A DNA stretch of 64,000 nucleotides. It comes from Candidatus Zhuqueibacterota bacterium (lineage in GTDB: Bacteria > Zhuqueibacterota > Zhuqueibacteria > Oceanimicrobiales > Oceanimicrobiaceae). Under the pieces are notes generated by a model. It had not been told where the DNA came from and ran no database searches. It worked only from the letters and a program-made list of their open reading frames with translations. Every line of letters starts with the position of its first letter. Position 1 is the stretch's first letter. The stretch is taken from the NCBI GenBank assembly GCA_029261995.1, contig JAJDAF010000050.1:215152-279151 (forward strand), given 5' to 3'. Positions 56,701 to 64,000 of this stretch are shown here, piece by piece. The translations under genes were made by a program, and so were the position numbers.

Positions 56701-59700
56701 GCATCCTTAGCGGCGGTTCTCTGGGGACACTCGCGCAAGCGGGTAGTCAGATCGTGGAAGTCCAATTTACGCCTTCGGCGACCGGTATCAGGAATGCGAC
56801 CCTGCACATCGAAAGCAACGATCCCGACGAGAATCCTTTCGATGTTTCGTTGGCAGGCACTGGGCTGGCGACGCCTGGGCCGAACTTGGTGGTGACGCCA
56901 GTCGGCCATGACTTTGGCCTTATCCAGACTGGCAGCAGCGCCTCCACGAGTTTCGATGTTCACAACAACGGCACCACCGATTTGGATGTGACTCTGGTGA
57001 CAATTGCGGGACTGGACGCTCCCGACTTCAGTCTTGACGGAACAACCACCAGCTTTATGCTGATTCCCGGGCAGACCCGGTCTTTGGGCACCAGTTTTAG
57101 TCCGGCGGCCACCGGAGCCAAGAGTGCCAACCTCCTTTTTGTCAGCAATGACCCGGATACGGATTCGCTGCTGGTTCCGTTGTCAGGAACAGCGTTCGAC
57201 GGCAGTGGAGGCAGTGGTCAGGTAGCGCATGAAGAAACTCAAACCGGTAGCGCGCTCAGCGCGGCCTCAGTCGCAACCGGTCTGCCGCTAGTTGCGCGCA
57301 CCGGGGATATCTACGTTGCTGCCATTGCCCTGCGTCGCGTAGTCGATGTCACTGCAGTTGACGGACTCGGGCTCAACTGGTCCCGGGTTCAGCAACAGTG
57401 CGCTGCGCGTGGACAGACCAGCGTTGAAGTCTGGATCGGACAGGGCGTGCCGACTACGTCTGAATCCGTCACCGCGACCTTCGCATCGTCGGTCACCAGC
57501 GCTTCCATTGCGGTCGCCAGGTACTCTGGCGCTGATTTAAACACTCCCATCGGCAACATTGCGAATGGCAACTCGCTTGGGCTTGCAGGTGCCTGCAGCG
57601 GTGGCACGGATTCTCCTGCATACAGTTTTAATTTGACAACGACAACCACTGGCAGTGTTGTGTTTGGCGCCGCCACGCTACGCAATCGTTCGCATACTTC
57701 CGGAGCGGGGTACATTGAGCGTGCCGAATTGGAATCTGGTACGGGTGGCGATGCCACGACTTTGGCGGTGCAAGATCAAAGCGTGACCATTCCGGGCAGC
57801 ATCGCCCTGAATGGGGCCTTTAGCAGCTCCGTGGATTGGGCGGTAGTTGGCTTTGAGTTGCGGCCCGGGAGTACTGGCCCGGACATCGCGCTATCCCCTG
57901 AGACTCACGATTTCGGCTCTGTGGTGCAGGGATCGAACGCTGAGCAGACCTTCAAAATCAGAAACCAGGGTGGAGAGAATCTGAATATCTCACAAATCCA
58001 GGTGACGGGCACGGATTCCACGGCGTTTGTAATCTTCGCCAGCGATGGCACGCCAACTCTCGCTGCTGGTGATAGCCACGAGGTGATTGTCCGGTTTACG
58101 CCCACCGTTTTCGCGACCATGACCGCGAATCTGAGCATCTTGAGCAACGACAGCGATGAATCACCGTTTGTTGCGCCGCTGTCGGGAACCGGGGTAGCAC
58201 CGCCGGCGCCGGACATCGCTGCAACACCGGCTTCAATCGATTTCGGGGATTTGCTTGAGGGGTTGACCACTTCATCTACCATCATATTGCGCAACATGGG
58301 CAGCGCCGACCTGAGTGTCTCGAGCTTGGCTATCAGCGGTGTGGACAGTGCGGAGTTTTCGATCATTGGCGGGGGACCGCCGTTCATTCTCAATCCTGAC
58401 TCGTCACGTGTGGTCGAGGTCGGTTTCTCACCAGCAACTGCTGGCGCCAAAACGGCGACTCTGAATATTGCCAGCAATGACCCGGATGAGAATCCTTTCG
58501 CTATTCCGTTGGCTGGAAATGGCTTGCCGGCCGTGCCAGACATTGCTCTAATCCCGGATACTCTCGGCTTCGGAGACTTAATTGCAGGACTCAGCAGCCA
58601 GCTTTCCCTTCAGGTGCGGAATGTCGGAGATCTCGATCTTTCTGTGTCATCTACGACGCTTGTGGGTGCGCAGGCTGGCGAGTTTGGTATTGCAAGTGGT
58701 GGAGGAGCTTTCGTGCTCAACCCGGATTCATCTCGCACCCTGACACTCAGCTTCAATCCTGACTCGGCTGGCGCCAAGAACGCCACGCTGCAATTCGCCA
58801 GCAACGACCCGGATGAGAATCCAGCACCGGCGGTTTTGCTCGGCAACGGTCTGCCGGCTTTTCCTGACATCTTTGTGAGCAAGGATACGCTCGACTTTGG
58901 CCAGGTTTTGACCGGAACGACCGGCTTGGTCGATTTCGAAGTCCGCAATAACGGTGTAGCTGACCTGAATGTCAATCCGCTGGGACTGCTTGGAGCAGAC
59001 ATAGCCGATTTCAGCGTCTTTTCCGGAGATGGCCCATTTGTTCTGAAACCAGACTCAAGCCGAATCATCCAAATGCAATTCGCGCCTGTTTCTGCTGGTC
59101 CGAAACAAGCGACGGTGCAAATCGTTAGCGACGATCCTGATGAGAATCCAACCGTGCAGACTCTGCTGGCGAATGCCATTCTGGCCGTTCCAGATATCGC
59201 CAACCTGCCGGATTCTCTCGATTTCGGCAGCCTGCTCGAGGGCACAACATCGACACAGCTTCTGGAGATTCAGAACACCGGCGTGGTCGCCTTGGATGTG
59301 ACAGTGGTCACTCTGACCGGGCCGGACGCTGGCGAGTTTGGCATCGTGGCCGGAGGTGGACCCTTTGTTCTGCAGCCTGATTCCAGCCGAATGCTGACCG
59401 TGCAGTTTGCGCCTGACTCGGCCGGCGCAAAAACCGCCTTTGTCCATCTTGAAAGTAATGATCCTGACGAGAGTCCGCGTGACATTCCGCTGCATGGAAC
59501 GGGTGTGCCTGCGCAGCCAAATCTCGCTTTGTCGCCCGATTCGGTGCAATATGGGGATGTTGTTTTTGGGGCCACCGTTTCTCGAACCATCGAAGTGCGG
59601 AACACCGGCGTTATCGATCTGGATGTCTTCTCCCTGGGGATTCGCGGGGCGACGGCGGAACACTTCAAAATGCCGGATAGCTCCGGATTTGTCTTGAATC

Positions 59701-62700
59701 CTGATTCGACGCGGCTGGTCGAAGTCCGTTTTACCGCATCGACGCTTGGGTTGAAGTTGGCATTTTTGCAGATTGTCAGCAACGATCCCGATCAAGGCGT
59801 CTTTGATGTGCCTCTTTCGGCCAACAGCGTGCCGCTTGCAGAACCTGAGATTGATGTCGCCCGTTCCAGCCTGGAGTTCGGCGGAGTGAAGGTAGGGGAC
59901 TCCAACGTCGGGTTTGTCACGGTTGAGAATCTCGGAACCGCGGATTTGCAGGTTAGCTCGTTGGCGCTGAACGGACCTGAATCCGGGGATTATCAGTTGT
60001 TGAGCGCACCATTCACGGTCTTGCCTGGCGATACTCATGACGTTGACATTCAGTTTTCACCATCGACGCCTGACTTGAGGAACGCAACGCTGCAAATTTT
60101 CAGCAACGATGCCGACGAAAGTCTGGTCGAAGTACAATTGAGCGGCGTCGGTTTGACTGGCTCTACCGGTGGCGGCGATGTCGTGTTTGAGTCCACTCAC
60201 AATGGAGCGACGGTCAACGCGACTTCCGTCGCGACAACCGAACCCGTACCGGGCGCTGCAGGTCAACTTTATCTTGCTGCTATTTCCATGCGCCGGCCGA
60301 CAGACGTCACGGGCGTAAGTGGTATGGGTTTGACCTGGGTACGCCTCCATGCCCAGTGTACAGGACGTGGACAAACGGGCCTCGAAGTCTGGCATGCAAT
60401 CGGCACAGGAAGCGGCGGGCCAGTCACCGCGACCCTCACAACCACCGTTGCAAGCGCTGTAATCAATGTGACGCGGTATTCTGGTATTGACGAGAACAGT
60501 CCGTTCGGCAATCTTGTTTTTGGAAACTCGAATGGCCCGGATGGCGCATGTTCAGGAGGCACGGATGGGGACGCATACAACTTTGATATCGCCACGACCG
60601 CGGATGGCGCCATAATCTACGGTGCCGCTGCTCTGCGCAACAAGCGCCACACGCCGGGCAACGGCTATGTTGAAAGGGACGAGGCATTTGCCGGTAGCGG
60701 CGGCGATATGGCCACTGTGGCCATCGAGGATCAGAGTGTGGCAGTTGCCTCCACACGGCCTTTGGACGGTGCGTTCAGTAAGGCCGTGGACTGGGCAGTC
60801 ATTGGCGTCGAAATCCGTCCCGGTGGCGGCGCGGCGCCGGATATCGTGGTCTCGCCGGTTTCACACGACTTTGGATCTATTGTACTCGGAAACACCAGTG
60901 CGCAGACTTTCCAGGTGCTGAATCTCGGCACCGTCGATCTCAATGTCAGCGCAACCACGTTGGAAGGAATCGATGCGAGCAGCTTTCAGTTTACGACTGG
61001 CCAGGGCGCGTTTGTTCTTCCGTCTGGTGTCAGTCGCAACATCGAGGTGCAATTTGCACCGGCCAGCTCTGGCACGAAGACTGGCGCACTTCGGCTGGTT
61101 AGTGATGATCCAGACGTAGCACAACTGGACATCCCGCTCTTCGGCACGGCGTTGGCTCCGGATATTCTGGCGCTGGCTGACACTTTGGATTTCGCTGTGG
61201 TGGTTGTTGGTAGCACCGGGAACAGGACCGCATCTCTGCGCAATGTTGGGACGTCACCACTGCAAGTATCTGCCGCTTTTCTGGTAGGGCCCGATTCCGC
61301 AAATTTCGCAATTGCCGGTGGCGCCGGTGCTTTTACGCTGCAACCGGACTCGACGAAAAACATCGCGATTCATTTTGCTCCAACAAGCTCCGGCCTGAAA
61401 CAAGCGACACTGCGGATTGCCAGCGACGATCCGGACGAAAATTATCTTGATATCACTCTGTTCGGCAGCGGATTGGATCCAATCCCGGACATTGCGGCTT
61501 CGCCTGTGGCGCTGGATTTCGGAAGCCAGTTTGTCGGTCAGGCAGCCACTTTGAGCGTCATTATTCAAAATCTGGGAGTAGTGGATCTCAGCGTAAGCAG
61601 CGCAACTATGGAAGGCGCCAATCCCTCTGAATTTGGAATAGTGAATGGCGGCGGCCCTTTTGTGTTAAGCCCCGATTCCAGCCGCGTCGTGGAGGTGCAG
61701 TTCTCGCCGACAGTTACCAGCGCCAGCACGGCCGCGTTGCGGTTGATGAGCAACGATCCGGACGAGAGCCCATTTGACGTTTCTGTTTCGGGAGTCGGCT
61801 TGCCCGCGTTGCCTGATATCAACACGGATATTGCCACAGTCGACTATGGCTCTCTCCTCGTTGGAGTTAGCAGTCTGCGAACAATCGTCTTGAGCAACGC
61901 AGGTGTTGTCAATCTGGAGGTTACAGCTACGGAAGTGATTGGTCCGGATAGCCTGGATTTTTCGATCACCTCTGGAGCAGGTGGCTTCACGCTGGCGCCC
62001 GATTCCAGCCGCACACTGGGCCTGATATTTGTGCCCGGCGCGTCCGGGTTGCGCCAGGCGACCTTGCGCGTCCAAAGCAACGACCCAGATGAGAATCCAT
62101 TTGATATCCCGCTTCAGGGTGGCGGAATTGCCGCAATCCCGGACATCGCGAGTTTGCCGGTGGCACTTGATTTCGGTGATGTGGTCGAGCAAACTACCAG
62201 TGCTCGAAACCTTGTGTTGTCGAATGCGGGCGTCGTAGACCTGGAAATCTCTGCTTTGCAGATTGTCGGAGTCGATCCGACCTTGTTTGCGATTACTGCT
62301 GGCGCTGGCCCGTTTACCCTCAATCCGGATTCAAGCCGGACGATTGAGATCTCGTTTACGCCGGATGGGGTTGGCGCCAAAAACGCAGTTCTACGGGTCA
62401 GCAGTAATGATCCCGATGAGAATCCGTTTGACGTGCCGCTCACGGGTAACGGCGTGCTACCTGACCAGCCTGATATCGCGGTCAGTCCCGCCAGTCTGGA
62501 TTTTGGCAACATCACGCAAGGCTCGAGCAGCGGTCTCTCACTGTTGGTTCGCAATGATGGCACGGCCGACTTGAATGTGAGTTCTCTTCAGATCACGGGG
62601 GCCGGCGCAGGTCAGTTTAGCGTAGCAGGCGCAGGTTTTGTTCTGGCTCCGAATACAAGTCAGTCCCTCGATATCGGCTTTACTCCCAGTTCAATTGGAA

Positions 62701-64000
62701 GCAAGAATGCCATAATGCAAATCACCAGCGATGATCCAGATGAGAACCCTTTTGAGACCACGTTGGCCGGATTCGGCCTGTCCGCGCCGATTGGCGGCGG
62801 CGATGTTGTGTTTGAAGAATCGCAAAGCGGTGGCGCCGTAAGTGCAACTTCCGTAGCCACTACGACACCTGTAGCAGGGGTGAACGACCATCTTTATCTT
62901 GCTGCTATTTCCTTCAGACCACCAGTGGCTGTCACTTCAGTTTCAGGACTTGGCTTGGTGTGGACCCGCGTCCAGGCGCAGTGTTCCGGGCGTGGGCAGA
63001 CCGGAGTCGAAGTCTGGAGCGCGATTGGGGTCAGCACAGGCACCGGTGTTGTCACCGCAGATTTTGCTAGCACGGTCAGCAGTGGCGTCATCTCGGTGAC
63101 GCGCTATTCCGGCGCAGATCCATCTAACCCGATTGGCGATGTCGTCTTCGGAAACACGCAAGGAATAAGTGGGGCTTGTTCCGGTGGAACGGACTCTCCT
63201 GCCTATCAGTTTAGCCTCAACACCTCCGTGGACGGCGCTGTCGTTTACGGAGCGTCCGCGCTGCGAAATCGTGACCATTTCCCGGGTGCAGCCTATACAG
63301 AGCGAGATGAAGCATCCGCCGGCAGCGGCGGAAGCACAGCAGGTGTAGCTGTCCAGGAGCAGACCGTTGCTTCTGCTGGTAGCGTCGTCTTTGACGGCTC
63401 CTTCAACAATAATGTAGATTGGGCGATTGCCGGCCTGGAAATACGCCCGGGAGCTGGAGGCGACCAGCCAGATATTGCCGCGTCGCCATCCAGTCACAAT
63501 TTTGGCGATGTCGTGGTTGGAGCGAACACGTCACATGTCTTCCAGATTCTGAACGCCGGCACGGCAGATCTCGCGGTCAGCACCACGGCTCTGACCGGCA
63601 CGGACTCGGCGGATTTTCAATTCTTGAGTGGTAACGGCACGTTCATACTCCCCTCCGGCCTGACCCGCGATATCGAAGTCGATTTTGCGCCAGGCAGCGG
63701 TGGTACAAAAAATGCCAGACTTCGGATCGAAAGCAACGACCCCAATGATAACCCGGTTGAAATCGACTTGTTGGGGAACGGCGTCGCTGTGCCGGAACCG
63801 GATATCACCGTAGGTCCGTTGTCGCACGACTATGGCAGCCTTTTTGTGGGCCAGAGCGCCACCCGTGGATTTGTGGTTAGAAATGACGGCACCGCCAATC
63901 TGGAAGTGACTTCGACTATGATCAGCGGTCTGGACGCGGCGGAATTCGCCGTGTCAGGCGGAGGCGGAACCTTTATGCTGGCTCCAGGTGACAGCCAGAC
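53766..64000 (+). CDS. giant secreted protein, >3411 aa, 3'-truncated: metallophosphoesterase, PKD-like, Calx-beta, B-repeat, two Big_9-like, DNRLRE, at least 17 choice-of-anchor D (ASH/Hydin-like) repeats, three copies of an unrecognised ~217-aa domain
   Basis: Not in the ORF track (no stop in window). GAGGGAG RBS, ATG 53766, MRQVRYNSEMWIASVVVLCLSLGGSTSVLAQ. Hand translation of the first ~900 nt and many later segments stays in one frame to ...GGTFMLAPGDSQ at 64000. Head motifs TGDIPY, VHVGDL, PGDNEW, FGHAG, GDRH. Confidence 0.9.
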   Translation, partial: MRQVRYNSEMWIASVVVLCLSLGGSTSVLAQGEPITFSVTGDIPYGTNEVPTMAEQIAKHNLYSPSDFFVHVGDLNAGSESCKESRYIEVAEMLKTLAVPAYVIPGDNEWVDCSNPDQAWNWWTSSFYDFEDNFCGVPIVERQDVRPENFAFMLKGVLFVGINIPAGRQGGTLEADRLQDDADWVDFQFTDKVSQVRAAVVFGHAGNSGNRGAFFTQFQVSARNFVKPVLYVMGDRHSWKVTDPWMEPNMMKIVVNRGGLEDPVQLTAGMGSDNSIWEIVRNPLSGSPQLFNREPCVEAGSDQIISQSDILNLSGNASDDGVPNNPVNFELTWSKASGPGTVSFNDVHSLSTTATFSAPGNYMVRLTGNDGGLQGTDEMLVTVESEGPVLTVSDPFVTEGNSGTTSLVFTVEVVNADGSPVTVHYQTADSTAQAGLDYTAISGDLTFSGGTTTRTVAVAVIGETDFEPDELVQLRLSNATGAPIGKNVGLGTIENDDQPQQFTLDISVQGIGNMAPSPGPNLYIEDSQVIVSASQTQGDWAFDHWQGDLTGSANPDTILMDSDKNIIAVFVFNNPPTASNDSYAVNEDGNLQITAPGLLLNDSDVDGDAVVVADVQTPAHGSVTFSRDGAFGYTPTPDFFGQDTMLYIVHDGKGKQDTANALIDVLPSNDLPVGVADVYAGDPNQTVVVAAPGVLTNDIDVDGDLLSAQLQTTTSSGTLNFLADGSFTYVPDNGFTGTDEFTYLALDSQGPSTLTTVEVAIGLPTIFTFNPLEDGQVRDTSPDQNYGADATLRIRDGSPLYSSFLKFNLSGIGAVISAKLRLYVTDPGPNGGAVALTSNNFVGTSTPWDEDLLNWGNAPVINGTLSSLGEVFADTWVEFDVTSGVSGPGIYSFGVQPASTNSVIFSSKEGTHSPQLIVEAFPSGGGSLPDITLLPASHDFGGVNIDSSRARLFEIRNDGTADLLITNITLQGVDVIDFGILSGGSLGTLAQAGSQIVEVQFTPSATGIRNATLHIESNDPDENPFDVSLAGTGLATPGPNLVVTPVGHDFGLIQTGSSASTSFDVHNNGTTDLDVTLVTIAGLDAPDFSLDGTTTSFMLIPGQTRSLGTSFSPAATGAKSANLLFVSNDPDTDSLLVPLSGTAFDGSGGSGQVAHEETQTGSALSAASVATGLPLVARTGDIYVAAIALRRVVDVTAVDGLGLNWSRVQQQCAARGQTSVEVWIGQGVPTTSESVTATFASSVTSASIAVARYSGADLNTPIGNIANGNSLGLAGACSGGTDSPAYSFNLTTTTTGSVVFGAATLRNRSHTSGAGYIERAELESGTGGDATTLAVQDQSVTIPGSIALNGAFSSSVDWAVVGFELRPGSTGPDIALSPETHDFGSVVQGSNAEQTFKIRNQGGENLNISQIQVTGTDSTAFVIFASDGTPTLAAGDSHEVIVRFTPTVFATMTANLSILSNDSDESPFVAPLSGTGVAPPAPDIAATPASIDFGDLLEGLTTSSTIILRNMGSADLSVSSLAISGVDSAEFSIIGGGPPFILNPDSSRVVEVGFSPATAGAKTATLNIASNDPDENPFAIPLAGNGLPAVPDIALIPDTLGFGDLIAGLSSQLSLQVRNVGDLDLSVSSTTLVGAQAGEFGIASGGGAFVLNPDSSRTLTLSFNPDSAGAKNATLQFASNDPDENPAPAVLLGNGLPAFPDIFVSKDTLDFGQVLTGTTGLVDFEVRNNGVADLNVNPLGLLGADIADFSVFSGDGPFVLKPDSSRIIQMQFAPVSAGPKQATVQIVSDDPDENPTVQTLLANAILAVPDIANLPDSLDFGSLLEGTTSTQLLEIQNTGVVALDVTVVTLTGPDAGEFGIVAGGGPFVLQPDSSRMLTVQFAPDSAGAKTAFVHLESNDPDESPRDIPLHGTGVPAQPNLALSPDSVQYGDVVFGATVSRTIEVRNTGVIDLDVFSLGIRGATAEHFKMPDSSGFVLNPDSTRLVEVRFTASTLGLKLAFLQIVSNDPDQGVFDVPLSANSVPLAEPEIDVARSSLEFGGVKVGDSNVGFVTVENLGTADLQVSSLALNGPESGDYQLLSAPFTVLPGDTHDVDIQFSPSTPDLRNATLQIFSNDADESLVEVQLSGVGLTGSTGGGDVVFESTHNGATVNATSVATTEPVPGAAGQLYLAAISMRRPTDVTGVSGMGLTWVRLHAQCTGRGQTGLEVWHAIGTGSGGPVTATLTTTVASAVINVTRYSGIDENSPFGNLVFGNSNGPDGACSGGTDGDAYNFDIATTADGAIIYGAAALRNKRHTPGNGYVERDEAFAGSGGDMATVAIEDQSVAVASTRPLDGAFSKAVDWAVIGVEIRPGGGAAPDIVVSPVSHDFGSIVLGNTSAQTFQVLNLGTVDLNVSATTLEGIDASSFQFTTGQGAFVLPSGVSRNIEVQFAPASSGTKTGALRLVSDDPDVAQLDIPLFGTALAPDILALADTLDFAVVVVGSTGNRTASLRNVGTSPLQVSAAFLVGPDSANFAIAGGAGAFTLQPDSTKNIAIHFAPTSSGLKQATLRIASDDPDENYLDITLFGSGLDPIPDIAASPVALDFGSQFVGQAATLSVIIQNLGVVDLSVSSATMEGANPSEFGIVNGGGPFVLSPDSSRVVEVQFSPTVTSASTAALRLMSNDPDESPFDVSVSGVGLPALPDINTDIATVDYGSLLVGVSSLRTIVLSNAGVVNLEVTATEVIGPDSLDFSITSGAGGFTLAPDSSRTLGLIFVPGASGLRQATLRVQSNDPDENPFDIPLQGGGIAAIPDIASLPVALDFGDVVEQTTSARNLVLSNAGVVDLEISALQIVGVDPTLFAITAGAGPFTLNPDSSRTIEISFTPDGVGAKNAVLRVSSNDPDENPFDVPLTGNGVLPDQPDIAVSPASLDFGNITQGSSSGLSLLVRNDGTADLNVSSLQITGAGAGQFSVAGAGFVLAPNTSQSLDIGFTPSSIGSKNAIMQITSDDPDENPFETTLAGFGLSAPIGGGDVVFEESQSGGAVSATSVATTTPVAGVNDHLYLAAISFRPPVAVTSVSGLGLVWTRVQAQCSGRGQTGVEVWSAIGVSTGTGVVTADFASTVSSGVISVTRYSGADPSNPIGDVVFGNTQGISGACSGGTDSPAYQFSLNTSVDGAVVYGASALRNRDHFPGAAYTERDEASAGSGGSTAGVAVQEQTVASAGSVVFDGSFNNNVDWAIAGLEIRPGAGGDQPDIAASPSSHNFGDVVVGANTSHVFQILNAGTADLAVSTTALTGTDSADFQFLSGNGTFILPSGLTRDIEVDFAPGSGGTKNARLRIESNDPNDNPVEIDLLGNGVAVPEPDITVGPLSHDYGSLFVGQSATRGFVVRNDGTANLEVTSTMISGLDAAEFAVSGGGGTFMLAPGDSQ
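56550..64000 (+). repeat. coding tandem repeats: 16 complete plus 1 partial ~109-aa (~327-nt) choice-of-anchor D/ASH-like domains
   Basis: Units begin P(D/N/E)I/L...(D/G/E/Q/N)(F/Y)G and contain S(N/D)D(P/S/A)(D/N). Approximate starts: 56550, 56880, 57880, 58208, 58535, 58863, 59190, 59517, 59843, 60837, 61157, 61485, 61812, 62138, 62468, 63467, 63797. Confidence 0.85.
57219..63452 (+). repeat. three dispersed copies of a ~217-aa domain (57219-57869, 60177-60824, 62802-63452)
   Basis: Shared motifs Y(V/L)AAI, G(L/M)GL.W, QC..RGQT..EVW, RYSG, GACSGGTD..AY.F, DWA..G.E(L/I)RPG. Confidence 0.88.

Noticed and set aside
174-63827. Many minus-strand and alternate-frame ORFs, including 15325-16338 (337 aa), 59055-60038 (327 aa), 28745-29521, 38717-39487 and 5078-5788
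   Set aside because: All lie over well-supported + strand genes and have no motifs. Long antisense frames are expected opposite GC-rich, repetitive coding sequence.
56550-64000. Periodic ~327-nt repeats as a CRISPR or non-coding array
   Set aside because: Units are degenerate at synonymous positions, keep the reading frame and have no repeat-spacer structure; they are protein repeats.

Overview
A 64-kb bacterial window in which every credible gene is on the + strand. I saw no RNA genes, CRISPR arrays, integrases or transposases. It has two halves. (1) About 1-28.2 kb is a cell-envelope glycan modification locus. It holds three membrane-anchored sulfatase-fold proteins that lack the formylglycine motif, each followed by a gene for a probable glycan-acting protein (GHL15-like hydrolase, an orphan, a heparinase II/III-like lyase). 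Next is a four-gene module: two paralogous alkaline-phosphatase/NPP-superfamily proteins, a 61-aa protein and a DUF106/EMC3-like membrane protein. It also carries two SAM methyltransferases, PAPS synthesis genes (sat, cysC), GT4, GT2 + DUF2304, FemAB-like + polysaccharide deacetylase, and a GT-C-type glycosyltransferase. (2) About 28.4-64 kb is an array of five giant secreted multidomain proteins (1478 to >3411 aa) built from a shared domain kit. Four end in a 'YPNPFN...K' T9SS-type-A/FlgD-like C-terminal domain. The fifth (53766 to beyond 64000) is missing from the supplied ORF track because it has no stop in the window. The C-terminal domain style suggests an FCB-group organism such as KSB1 or Calditrichota (inference only). 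Best candidates for new biology: the AP-pair/small-protein/EMC3-like module, the non-formylglycine sulfatase-fold proteins next to PAPS synthesis, and an unrecognised ~217-aa Cys-pair domain repeated three times in the last protein. All family assignments come from motif reading; no database searches were run.
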